A DNA stretch of 64,000 bases, taken from positions 1,216,001-1,280,000 of the forward strand of contig OZ243938.1 in NCBI GenBank assembly GCA_965214095.1. Direction: 5' to 3'. The notes under the pieces are model-generated. The model saw nothing but the letters and a program-made list of their open reading frames with translations, was not told where the DNA came from and did not search any database. Position numbers and translations under genes: made by a program. Below are positions 10,114-20,119 of the stretch, one piece after another. The first letter of the stretch is position 1; each line of letters begins with the position of its first letter. This DNA comes from Candidatus Poribacteria bacterium (GTDB taxonomy: Bacteria; Poribacteria; WGA-4E; WGA-3G).

Positions 10114-10782
10114 CTATTCTAATGTCCGTAATTTTTCGATCACAACATCCGGATGTTCACTTCGAAAAATCGCTGTTCCAGCAACAAGAATAGTCGCGCC
10201 ATGCTGTGCTGCAACCGGGCCTATCTCAGGTGTCACACCTCCATCAACTGAAATGTCAGGTGGAACATCCATATCCTTAATCTCTTGATGTATCCGTTCA
10301 ATCTTCTCTAATGTTTTTGGTATGAATGATTGTCCACCGAATCCCGGTTCAACACTCATCGGTAACACCAAGTCAATATCTGATAGAAAAGGAAAAACTT
10401 CTTCACAACTTGTCCTCGGTGAAAAGGCGATACCTACCTTTAAGTTATGTGCTTTGATTACTGATATTATAGCATAAGGTTCATCCTCACTTTCAATATG
10501 AAATGTGATCATATCAGAACCTGCATCTACTAATGCGTCAATATATCTTAATGGATGTGTGACCATAATATGAACATCAAACGGCACATCAGTTTTTGAG
10601 CGAACTGCCCCAATCATCAATGGACTTATTCCAAAGTTCGGCACAAATTCCCCATCCATCACATCAAAATGGAGTAGGTCCGCTCCCGCAGCAACGACGC
10701 GTTCTACTTCTTCGCCAATACGACTGAAGTCTGCTGCTAATAATGAGGGGGCGATTTTGGGTGTAACTTTATTATGTTTCAT
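10114..10782 (-). CDS. rpe: Ribulose-phosphate 3-epimerase
   Basis: IAPSLLAADF, HFDVMDG, DVHIM, MSVEPGFGGQ, VDGG. Confidence 0.95.
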   Translation of the reverse strand: MKHNKVTPKIAPSLLAADFSRIGEEVERVVAAGADLLHFDVMDGEFVPNFGISPLMIGAVRSKTDVPFDVHIMVTHPLRYIDALVDAGSDMITFHIESEDEPYAIISVIKAHNLKVGIAFSPRTSCEEVFPFLSDIDLVLPMSVEPGFGGQSFIPKTLEKIERIHQEIKDMDVPPDISVDGGVTPEIGPVAAQHGATILVAGTAIFRSEHPDVVIEKLRTLE

Positions 10783-10836
10783 TTGATTCTACTAATGCCT
10801 TCAGGTAAATAGACATAATCAGAAAGTGAATTTGGT

Positions 10837-11802
10837 TTATTGATATTGACGTTCATAGATTTTCTTGCCATCTTCAAACACAATTACAAACGTTGAACCA
10901 AAAACTCTGATTCTATTTTGTTCCAAATCAATCACTGTTCCAGGGGCATAAGGTGCTTCTAATACCGTCCTTTCTTGATATTCATCCGCTACAATGATTT
11001 TTACATCGCGCGCCTTGTTACCCTCTTGGCTGACGGTGTGCTTATGGGTTAACCATCTCCCTCTGTTTTCAGTAATGTCACGTTTACCGCTGACCTCAAG
11101 CGTTATTAAGTCACCTATTTGCACCAGTTGTTTGTGTCCAATTATACGTCCTTCTTCAATAATAGGATGGGGACTATATTTTGTTTCAACGTTGAGTCCT
11201 ATTGCTTCAAGTGCCGGTAAAACATCGTTGACAAGTTCGTTCTTTAAACTTGGTAGTTTAATAACTTCAGGTTTTCTACCCAAACTAACCAATAAATCTA
11301 CTGGGTGACCACGTTCTTTTGCTGTGCCTTCTGAAGGATTCTGAGCGATTACTGTATTGGTCAAATATCTTGTTGAATGAACACGAGCAATTGAATTGGG
11401 ACGAAAACCTGCCGATTGCAATGTTTCATAAGCTGCATCCTCCGATTTACCAATCACCGAAGGAATTGGCGTTAATACAGCACCAATACTTACCGTTATT
11501 TTGACAGGATGGTGTGGCTTTATACTGGAATTGGCTGGTGGGTCTTGCTCTATAACCTTCCCTTTGGGTTCGCTACTACTCGCTTGTATAATCGGTTTTT
11601 CAATTGTTAACCCGACTTCAGAAAGTGCAGGTGCAGCTTGATAGTAATGTTTACCGATTATATTTGGAACCAGTACTTCAGTTGACTTAACCCATTGAGG
11701 AATAACAATGAATACTGTTAACAATCCGACAATACCCATTACGATCATACAATAGATAGCAATTTTGACCATTGCCCATAATATAGAATTCAGCTTGTTC
11801 AT
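10837..11802 (-). CDS. Membrane-anchored PASTA-domain protein (no kinase domain)
   Basis: N-terminal TM; three PASTA repeats (VPNIIG, IPSVIG, VIAQNP). Confidence 0.85.
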   Translation of the reverse strand: MNKLNSILWAMVKIAIYCMIVMGIVGLLTVFIVIPQWVKSTEVLVPNIIGKHYYQAAPALSEVGLTIEKPIIQASSSEPKGKVIEQDPPANSSIKPHHPVKITVSIGAVLTPIPSVIGKSEDAAYETLQSAGFRPNSIARVHSTRYLTNTVIAQNPSEGTAKERGHPVDLLVSLGRKPEVIKLPSLKNELVNDVLPALEAIGLNVETKYSPHPIIEEGRIIGHKQLVQIGDLITLEVSGKRDITENRGRWLTHKHTVSQEGNKARDVKIIVADEYQERTVLEAPYAPGTVIDLEQNRIRVFGSTFVIVFEDGKKIYERQYQ

Positions 11803-11822
11803 CCCATAGCAAGTTCCTGTTT

Positions 11823-12790
11823 CTATTTATCAGTGGTTGATTCTGAGCTTATAAAACATTCACCGGTTTTGAGTTGGTATCCATTTACAAAATCTTTTGC
11901 CGACATAACCTTTTTCGTTGCAGGTTGAACTTGTAGCAGTTGGATTTCTCCTTCTCCAGTCCTAACAAATAAATTTTGTTCTGCATCTATCCTGATTGTA
12001 CCGGGTTGTTCATTCAATTGAGTTTCTTCCGTATTTTCTAATTGAACTTGAATGACCTTGATCAATGTATTTTCAGAAAAAAAAGTGTATGCTCCTGGCC
12101 ATCCTGATGTGCCTCTAATTAGATTATGGATTTTGGTTGAAGATTCAGACCAATTTATACATCCTATCTCTTTAGAAAGTCGTGGTGCATGTGTTGCCTC
12201 TGTGTGATGCTGAGGTGTTGAAGGTGGTGGCTCTCCTGGTTGTAAGTTAGCTAAGACATCTATCAATAACTTCGCACCAATGTCTGCTAATTTCTGATGT
12301 AACGTTAAGGCTGTATCCTCAGGTTCAATCGGTATTCGCTCCATACAGATAATGTCACCGGTATCTTCACCAACATCTAAAAGCATTAGCGTTACACCGT
12401 CTCTTTCTCCCCATTAATTAATGCCCATTGTATCGGGGCAGCCCCTCTGTACTTTGGTAATAGTGATGGGTGTAGGTTAATAACACCGCAAGGCGGGATA
12501 TCTAATACTGATTGTGGCAATAACTGACCAAAAGCAGTAACGACCATGACATCTGGATCAAGTCGTCTCAGATATTCTACAAACTCTTTTTTTCTAACTT
12601 TTTCAGGTTGATACACCTGCAAGTCATGGTTTAATGCGATCTCCTTCACTGGTGAAGGCTTTAATTTTTTCCCTCTACCACTTGGACGATCTGGTTGTGT
12701 AACTACTCCAAGAATTTCATGATTTTCTGCAATTAAAGCGGACAATGCAGGATTTGCAAATTCGCTTGTTCCCATAAACAGAACACGCAT
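11823..12790 (-). pseudogene. fmt: Methionyl-tRNA formyltransferase, frameshifted near 12397 (real lesion or assembly error)
   Basis: N-half RVLFMGT...NLHPSLLPKYRGAAPIQ; C-half in another frame; adding one G restores the conserved ETGVTLM. Confidence 0.85.
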
Positions 12791-12844
12791 ATTATAGATA
12801 CTACCTTAATATTTCTAAAAGAATATGATCGGCATTACCTGCGA

Positions 12845-13408
12845 TTAAAATCGAATCTCAAGTAGAGGTATGGCTATACCAATTGGCGGATCATTTGTCC
12901 ACATATTCAGTTGGTTTGTTGTCATAGTTTCATGCGGATGGTCAAAATAGGTTGAGATACCATAAAAGTTAACATGTGGACCTAAACTTGGTATACCAGC
13001 AAGCGTTCCTTCGGGTGGAACCTCCTCCTCAGTCGGAGGGGTTGGAGGTTTACGACCTGGAACACTCGGTGCTGACCTATCAACATTTCGGGTATGTAAC
13101 CAATCCCATATTCCTATAAAAAGTGATAACGAAACCGCACTAATACCCATCACACGATAATTCTGTGGAGTCAATATAGGTGCAATTTTGTTTGTCTGTA
13201 TCATCTTTACACCACGAACCCCCAAATAACTATGCACTGCAGTGAATGGAAGAGAACTTAAAGTAACTATTTCAAAACGACGAAGAGCACTTTCACTATA
13301 TTCTTCATGTTGTGTTTCTTGTTCTTGTGCCTGTGCTTGTAAATGTGGAATAATACCAAGAAAACAGACTATAGAGATCGCAAAAATTCTAATGTAATAT
13401 TTGAACAT
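12845..13408 (-). CDS. Hypothetical exported/membrane protein with Pro-rich segment
   Basis: Signal-peptide-like N-terminus; hydrophobic segments; co-oriented in operon. Confidence 0.65.
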   Translation of the reverse strand: MFKYYIRIFAISIVCFLGIIPHLQAQAQEQETQHEEYSESALRRFEIVTLSSLPFTAVHSYLGVRGVKMIQTNKIAPILTPQNYRVMGISAVSLSLFIGIWDWLHTRNVDRSAPSVPGRKPPTPPTEEEVPPEGTLAGIPSLGPHVNFYGISTYFDHPHETMTTNQLNMWTNDPPIGIAIPLLEIRF

Positions 13409-13473
13409 AGTGTACCCCTATTTTCTTACAGATATTGTGTGTTTTGGTAATGAATGTCTTTTAGTTCTAACTT

Positions 13474-13962
13474 TCAGTTTGTGGTTTGTTGAACACGAAA
13501 GAGATAAACGATGAGCATGCCAGCACCGATACATACAGATATATCAGCAACATTAAATGTAGGCCAATAAAGCCTTTTGCTTTCAATACCAAACTGAAGA
13601 AAATCAACAACTTCACCCAGATAGATTCTGTCAATAAAGTTTCCTACTGCACCACCAAGAAGAAACCCTAATGAGACCTGCATCCATCGACTGTGTTTGA
13701 ATCTAAACGAATAAACAACTATGAAAATTAAGGCAGCTATTGTAATTATGACCAATAGGGTACGTTGGTCAGATAATATACCGAATGCCGCTCCTGAATT
13801 TCTATCATGTCGTAAGGTAAAAAAACCTTCAATTATTGTGATACCACTCCCTTTAGGAATGTGGTCCTGAACCAGACGTTTGGTGATGATGTCAAGCACT
13901 AATGACGGAATTGCTACGATGATTAATGGAAATATATTCTTAAAATATTGAATTGGTGACAT
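13474..13962 (-). CDS. lspA: Lipoprotein signal peptidase II
   Basis: NSGAAFG, GAVGNFIDR, VVDF, FNVAD motifs. Confidence 0.95.
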   Translation of the reverse strand: MSPIQYFKNIFPLIIVAIPSLVLDIITKRLVQDHIPKGSGITIIEGFFTLRHDRNSGAAFGILSDQRTLLVIITIAALIFIVVYSFRFKHSRWMQVSLGFLLGGAVGNFIDRIYLGEVVDFLQFGIESKRLYWPTFNVADISVCIGAGMLIVYLFRVQQTTN

Positions 13963-13986
13963 AACTACCTGAATATCTTATCACTA

Positions 13987-16557
13987 TTAGGTTTTTGATT
14001 TATCAGATTGTTTCAGTGATTTCCACTCATCATTTGTATTCATTTCGTCATCTATGTGTGGTAAGTGGTACCACTTTTCTTCAAAAATACTCTTCTTAGT
14101 TGAGAACACTTCTGTGTAAAACTCTTCAGCTAAGTAAGGGAGAATGGGAGCAATCCGTTGAAGAAGTATTTTGAAGATAGAAGTTAGTGCAGTATTAGCA
14201 GAATCTGATTTATCAGTTTTACATAAACTGAGATAAAAGGCTAATTCTGACTGGCAAAATTCAAACAGCAATACCCACATCTTGTAAAAATCATACTTCT
14301 CATATACATCTTGAAGGTGTGTTTGAAATTGATGTGTTATCAATATAACAAGTTTATCTTGTTTCTGAAGTTTGTCATAGTCCTTCACATTACTTTCACT
14401 TAGTAATGATGGCTGTTTTTTCTTTTTAGTTTTCTTAAAGTCGGATATTATCTCAGCAACCTGACAAAACGTCTCCTTTAGACTTTCATAGTTTTGATAG
14501 TATTTTTCTATCAAGGTTTCAAGTTGTTCGGTTTCCGCGCTTTCCTGAGGAACTTGATGTACATCAGGAGTAATTGAGAATAACCTGATAATGTCTGCTG
14601 GATATTTTTCCAAGATATCGTCATGAATCTCAGTTTCCCATACTACTTCGTCAATTTCATTTAATTCCAAGTGCTTAAATGGATGACTCTCTTTTGAAGG
14701 TCTACTGAGTTGAAGCGACACAGCTAACACGCTCAATTCACCTAACCATTTTACAAATGGTGTTCTTGGTACAAATGCAACATTGGTGGGTGCCTCAAGG
14801 GCAGATTTCTTAAAATCTGATATGTCAAGTGTTTGGAGTAAATTCGCAAAGTAACTCTCTATATTAGTTGACTCTTTCCGAAAATCCTTAGAATGACAGT
14901 TCATACAAGCCGCATCTGTAGGTAATAACTCTTCAACGCTAAGTCGGAACCAATGTTCTGAACCACGCCTAATTGAACTACGAACTGTACGAAGTATTTT
15001 CTTATCAATTATAAGTTGATTGCAGTTATCGCATCTTAACACAGGTAGCGGAATGCCCCACTGTCTCTGCGATGATATTTTCATATCAGATACACTCATC
15101 ATTTGGTTTTTTATGTCATCGCGAATTGCCTCATCATAATGTTCCCAATACTCAGGAGATGTCGTAATTTCATCAGATGTACCTACTGAGGATGTGCTAA
15201 AGGTCCAATGCCGGAAAGGACGTAAGACCGATGTACCGTTGCAGTGTTGACATTCAAGATGTTCAATCTTCCGTTTTCGGGTATTAATCAAGCAATCACG
15301 ACTTTCCAACTCATCTGTAATAAACTGAATCGCATTTTTTAAGTATAAACCACAAAGCATATCAGCATCTTCCGTAAAACGACCAGTTTCATCAAATATA
15401 GGTGTTGTTGTTGATGATAAAAACTTGGAATTAATGGTGTTACGAAGATGAGGTAACGCACTAAATATGTTGTGGCTAAGTGTGTGATGTGCTGGATTAA
15501 GTGGAATAATTCCATCCATCAATTCTTTTTTCTCTGAAGGATCCGACACATTTTGTAAAATCTTTTCTGGTATGGTAAAAAAGGGAAGGTCGGTGAGCGA
15601 AAATAGTGGGTGTGAAAGCGTGCAATTATTCAGATGTTTTGTATTAAATTTCGTGAGAACTTTGGGAACACTCTTATCTTCGGTGTTTGGATTAGTGAAT
15701 TGTTTCAATTGTGGTTCAGCAAAGATCAGATATTGATCATCAAATTCAGTCAAGCAAAAGTGAGTCTTTTCAAATATGCCAATACCGATAGTGCCAGCGA
15801 TCTCCCACAATTGATTCAATGGAAATCGCACGGCAAAATATATATCTTTTCCAAGCTCTTCAAAACCAATGTTGAATGGAAATTTGACAAAAGTGTATAA
15901 GGTATTTCTGGATACTGGTGTAACAGTCTTACCTGGTTCCAATGGAGTAACACAATTAGGACACCAATGGCTGAGTTTCAGTTCATCTTGAAGATAATTT
16001 GAGTCTCTTAGTCTATCAAAGAAACTGAAGAGTTTTGTATCGTAACGTGCCTCTAAAGTCTTATCGGCTGAACTCCAATCTGCAAATACACCGAGAGCTG
16101 CTAACTTTTGCTGTTGTGATTTCAGACATTCACTATATAATTGCCGGCACTGTTTTCTGAAATTAATAATATTTCCCGACGTTTTTGCATTATTCTCTCT
16201 TATCACACTCGCTTCAATGCTAAATGGAAACGTTTCCCACAGTGGTGAATATGCAACGGAGTGTCCATGCATCATTTCATACTTTAGGAATATATCTTGA
16301 TATATCTTTCTCCGTAACGTGTCTGCATTCAGTCTATGAACCGGTGTCGGCATTTCACGTATTACATAAGTTGGCAATTCAGTCGTTTTTTCATCAACTT
16401 TATACACCTTGCGTTTGTTCCACAGATTGAGGATATCAGTTTCAAGTGATTTGTGTTTCACCTTGTCTGTGGGAACAGAAACAATGTCTTTTTGTGTTGA
16501 TTTACGACCAGACCGTGATGTAGTAGATTTTTTTGTCGAAGGATTTTTCTCTTTCAT
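13987..16557 (-). CDS. Degenerate isoleucyl-tRNA synthetase-like protein (class Ia fold; HIGH, KMSKS and editing motifs absent)
   Basis: Colinear IleRS remnants (LGVFADW, WCPNCVTPL, FVKFP, DETGRFT, SSQRQWGIPLP, CMNC..FRKE, YPADIIRL, IAPILPYLAEE); sits directly before lspA. Confidence 0.85.
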   Translation of the reverse strand: MKEKNPSTKKSTTSRSGRKSTQKDIVSVPTDKVKHKSLETDILNLWNKRKVYKVDEKTTELPTYVIREMPTPVHRLNADTLRRKIYQDIFLKYEMMHGHSVAYSPLWETFPFSIEASVIRENNAKTSGNIINFRKQCRQLYSECLKSQQQKLAALGVFADWSSADKTLEARYDTKLFSFFDRLRDSNYLQDELKLSHWCPNCVTPLEPGKTVTPVSRNTLYTFVKFPFNIGFEELGKDIYFAVRFPLNQLWEIAGTIGIGIFEKTHFCLTEFDDQYLIFAEPQLKQFTNPNTEDKSVPKVLTKFNTKHLNNCTLSHPLFSLTDLPFFTIPEKILQNVSDPSEKKELMDGIIPLNPAHHTLSHNIFSALPHLRNTINSKFLSSTTTPIFDETGRFTEDADMLCGLYLKNAIQFITDELESRDCLINTRKRKIEHLECQHCNGTSVLRPFRHWTFSTSSVGTSDEITTSPEYWEHYDEAIRDDIKNQMMSVSDMKISSQRQWGIPLPVLRCDNCNQLIIDKKILRTVRSSIRRGSEHWFRLSVEELLPTDAACMNCHSKDFRKESTNIESYFANLLQTLDISDFKKSALEAPTNVAFVPRTPFVKWLGELSVLAVSLQLSRPSKESHPFKHLELNEIDEVVWETEIHDDILEKYPADIIRLFSITPDVHQVPQESAETEQLETLIEKYYQNYESLKETFCQVAEIISDFKKTKKKKQPSLLSESNVKDYDKLQKQDKLVILITHQFQTHLQDVYEKYDFYKMWVLLFEFCQSELAFYLSLCKTDKSDSANTALTSIFKILLQRIAPILPYLAEEFYTEVFSTKKSIFEEKWYHLPHIDDEMNTNDEWKSLKQSDKSKT

Positions 16558-16640
16558 ATAAATTCTGTCACTTTTAATTCTATAGTGTCAATGCCACTCT
16601 ATTTCAATTCACCTTTGTATTCTATGTAACGTTCTAAAAA

Positions 16641-16907
16641 CTACATAATCAACAATTGCTGTAGAAAGTACAATAAAAATAATAACACCATCGGTGAAAA
16701 ATCTATACCGATATTTCTACTCACTGGTTGCATTGCGTTTCGCAGCGGCTGCAGAATAGGATCAACAAGTTGACCCGTGAACGAATAGACTCGTTGTAAA
16801 GTGTCATTTCGTGTGCTTAATACAATCCATGAGAGTATTACGTTTATGAATACGATAAATATGTAAACTTTAAGCACACGACTAAGAACGTAGATAAGAA
16901 TTGTCAT
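16641..16907 (-). CDS. yggT: YggT family membrane protein
   Basis: ILSW...LVDPILQPLR...GIDFSP motif; follows proC. Confidence 0.9.
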   Translation of the reverse strand: MTILIYVLSRVLKVYIFIVFINVILSWIVLSTRNDTLQRVYSFTGQLVDPILQPLRNAMQPVSRNIGIDFSPMVLLFLLYFLQQLLIM

Positions 16908-16914
16908 TACCAGT

Positions 16915-17742
16915 TTATCCTCTTCTATTTGTCGTACCAAGTTGTTCTGCTCGATCTGTAGCGGCAATTATTGCTTCTGCAAGCGTTGCACGGAATCCAC
17001 CTTTCTCAAGTTCATGCAGTCCGGCTGCTGTTGTTCCTCCAGGTGTCGTAACCCGATTTTTTAATGTAGCTGGATGTTCTTTGGTTTCTGCTAACATCTT
17101 AGCTGCTCCTAATACCGTATGGGTCGCAAGAATCTGTGCATCCTGTCGTGGTAACCCTACATGAACGCCTGCATCCGCTAACGCTTCAATGAATAGGGCA
17201 ACGTAAGCTGGACCGCTACCACTAACGCCTGTTACCGCATTCAGGTGTCGTTCATCCATAACTAATGTCGTTCCACATGTATTAAAGACCTTTTCTGTAA
17301 TACGGAGATGCTTATCTTCTGCTGCAGTACCAGGTGTCAAGACTGAAATAGCAGCTTGGACAGAAGCTGCTATATTTGGCATTACCCGGATAATCGGTGG
17401 AAGGGTATCAAAGAATGATTCAAGTGATTCTGTTGTGACTCCCGCTGCAATGCTTATTAACAATTGCGATGATGAAAGAGTTGAGGCAACTTGAGGAAGA
17501 ATGTGAGGTATCGCTACCGGTGGTACCGCACAGACAATAACATCTATCTTTGGTATAAGTTTGTCTATACTTGCTGCGTCGTTAATACCCGTTTCTTCAC
17601 ATAGGTGTTTTACAAGTTTCTGGTCCAAATCGGTTACCCAAATCTGTTCTGCTGGTAACAGATTGTCAACAACACTTCGGACGATGATGCCTCCCATTTT
17701 TCCAACGCCGATAAACCCTATTTTTATGTTCTCATCCACCAT
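16915..17742 (-). CDS. proC: Pyrroline-5-carboxylate reductase
   Basis: GFIGVGKMG, ISIAAG, RVMPN, SGSGPAY, VTTPGGTT. Confidence 0.95.
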   Translation of the reverse strand: MVDENIKIGFIGVGKMGGIIVRSVVDNLLPAEQIWVTDLDQKLVKHLCEETGINDAASIDKLIPKIDVIVCAVPPVAIPHILPQVASTLSSSQLLISIAAGVTTESLESFFDTLPPIIRVMPNIAASVQAAISVLTPGTAAEDKHLRITEKVFNTCGTTLVMDERHLNAVTGVSGSGPAYVALFIEALADAGVHVGLPRQDAQILATHTVLGAAKMLAETKEHPATLKNRVTTPGGTTAAGLHELEKGGFRATLAEAIIAATDRAEQLGTTNRRG

Positions 17743-17768
17743 TAAACTCCTAACTGGAATATGAAAAG

Positions 17769-17794
17769 TACCTACCTACCTACCTACCTACCTA
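17769..17794. repeat. (TACC)6.5 tetranucleotide microsatellite between yggS and proC
   Basis: Perfect tandem repeat. Confidence 0.92.
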
Positions 17795-17799
17795 TCTCG

Positions 17800-18519
17800 T
17801 TATTCAAAAATAGCTCGTCCAATTCTGACAATATTTGCCCCTTCTTCAATTGCAATTTCAAAATCGTTCGTCATTCCCATTGACAAGTATTGCATTGATA
17901 CACCTGGGAATTCCTGAGCCTGTATCTTTTCAGCTATAGTTCGTAATAAGGCAAATGCAGGACGGTTCTCCTCAGGAGAATCACCCAACATTCCCATAGT
18001 CATCAGACCTTTGATATTTGCTCCAGAATATGTCAATGATTCTTCAATAAATTGAGGCACATCAGCAGCATCCAACCCGAATTTACTTACTTCTTCGGTC
18101 GTGTTTATCTGTATCAAAACGTCAACTTGTTGATCATTCATTTCTGCGCGTCGGGATATCTCCTCTAACAAGCGCAAACTATCCACAGAATGAATCATAT
18201 CAAACATATCTAATGCGGACTTAACTTTATTCCTCTGAAGATGACCAATAAGGTGCCATTCACAAGCAGAATCGGATGATGTGTAAGTGTTTGTTCTATT
18301 TATTGTCCGATTTATATTATTAAATTTTTGTTGTGTTTCCTGCACTCGGTTTTCACCGATAACGGTATGTCCAGTTTCAAGGACTTTATTTATTTCCTCT
18401 ACTGTACGCCCCTTTGTTACAACAACCAACTTTATGTCTTGCGGCGTGCGATCACTACGCACTGCAGCGAAGACAATTCTTTCCTTTACTTTCGTAAGGT
18501 TATCAGCAATTATGTTCAA
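17800..18519 (-). CDS. yggS: PLP homeostasis protein YggS/PROSC
   Basis: VVVTK, GENRVQE, WHLIGHLQRNK, LSMGMTNDF, RIGRAIF. Confidence 0.95.
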   Translation of the reverse strand: MNIIADNLTKVKERIVFAAVRSDRTPQDIKLVVVTKGRTVEEINKVLETGHTVIGENRVQETQQKFNNINRTINRTNTYTSSDSACEWHLIGHLQRNKVKSALDMFDMIHSVDSLRLLEEISRRAEMNDQQVDVLIQINTTEEVSKFGLDAADVPQFIEESLTYSGANIKGLMTMGMLGDSPEENRPAFALLRTIAEKIQAQEFPGVSMQYLSMGMTNDFEIAIEEGANIVRIGRAIFE

Positions 18520-18767
18520 TTGCTAGCTCCTCACACTCAAAAGATTATTCTTCCTGTGAATCTTCAGGATGATTCTTGTTTCTACCAAATATCCCTTCAA
18601 AAATCTGTATCACTTCTTTGTCGTCAATCAGTCTTCCCATTGAGGCAAACAATATACCTAAACTTACAAAACCGATTCCTACAACAACTGAATGTGTAGC
18701 TTCGGAATAAACTTGAGTTACTCTCACTGCGGTAGTTGTTTCCTTTGACAATTCCTTTGTATATTTT

Positions 18768-19809
18768 AGACATTATAATGAATTAAATAGTAGGAGTTTC
18801 ATAACACCAGGGTCTGAAGTTTAGTCGAAAATTGTGTAAACCACAACAGGTTTCCATAACTAAGTCACAAAACCCTTTCTTCCAATTTCTGAGTTTGTCT
18901 TTGACAATGCGGTATCTTTTGACACCACTAATGGCATGTTCAACACGTATGCGTATAGACGCTATCTTTCTATTGATTTCTTTTTCTTTTTCTGTCAGTT
19001 CTCCACCTTTCGGTTTTTTCTTCGGTTGAACGATGTGAACATCAGGAAGAGTGAACCCCTGAAAACCGGTATCTTGATACAAGGTGCTTCCCGGGGGCAC
19101 ACAATAGCCCACCTGATCAGCTATGTATTTGTCATGGTGTCTTCCTTCAAAAGAGGGTGTCAATAGGACGACTTTGCAGCTCTCATTGATAATCAGATTA
19201 TTTTTTGCTGTATGACATTTCTTTTTACCGCTATAATATGCCTTTTGAGCTTCTGGGTCTCTTGGACGCCGTATTCGCCGTTCTATACCATCATGAAAAA
19301 AAATACGCTTTATCTTGACTTTGACTTGATACCTCACAAGTATCACACATAGATGTGGGAACTGTTTCCCGAGATGGCAGCTCTTCAAGTTCTGCTAATG
19401 CGGTGTTCAATATCGGTAAAAGCAAGTGAATCCATTTATTCGCAAGAGGTTGAGCCATACCAAAGAGCGTGCCGAATAGAACCTGTTTCGGAGCTTCATG
19501 AAGATAAATTAATATAAATAGCAACATATCTTCATGTGAAGCAAAACAACTATTCTTGTAGGGTTTATATCTCCGTTTTATGCGCGGTTTTCCATCAAGG
19601 GTATGTGTTTCCATATAAGCTAAAAAACATTTAGAAAAATGAGGTAATAGTTTTGTAAACTCTTCTAAAGTATATCCAGTGAGAGATAGAAGCGTATCAG
19701 CTTTGTCCTTAATATCTTCAAAAACGATAATGAGAAAACCTCCATTTATAAGATTGTAATTAGAATAACAGAGGTTAACTAAACTTGCAACTAAATCATT
19801 ATAATGTCT
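18768..19809 (-). mobile_element. IS5-family (ISL2-like) insertion sequence, copy 2, 1042 bp
   Basis: Same IRs, length and ORF translations as copy 1; 3-bp duplication TTT. Confidence 0.93.
18783..19731 (-). CDS. DDE transposase with frameshift (copy 2)
   Basis: Translations match copy 1, including the T8 site and ATT start. Confidence 0.85.
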
Positions 19810-20119
19810 TTTGAAGGATGGTTATAGCCTTTCATGATGAAAAAAAAGCCGAGTACACACGATAAGACTGATAGCGATATAAAAAAAGCACGCATAATCA
19901 ATCCTCATTTAGGGTGCAGACCGCTGGCAAATTCTGTCATTTAATGATACCATTTTTTGAAGACCTTTGCAAATTTGTTTCAACGGTGTCTATCATTACT
20001 TTACAGGGTAATCTATATTCACTGAATTCTCACCTATGACCTATGAATGCATGACAAAAAGGATAAGACGTATGTAAATATACCAACACTGTTCCCACGA
20101 AACAATAAACCGTGATAAC

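Larger units (their letters stand above)
18545..19895 (-). pseudogene. Small (~101 aa) membrane protein gene interrupted by IS copy 2
   Basis: Removing the IS and one TTT gives a continuous frame MRAFFISLSV...NHPSK|YTKELSKETTT...; GAGG RBS upstream. Confidence 0.8.

Noticed and set aside
18545-18751. Stand-alone 68-aa gene
   Set aside because: It is the 3' part of the IS-interrupted gene.
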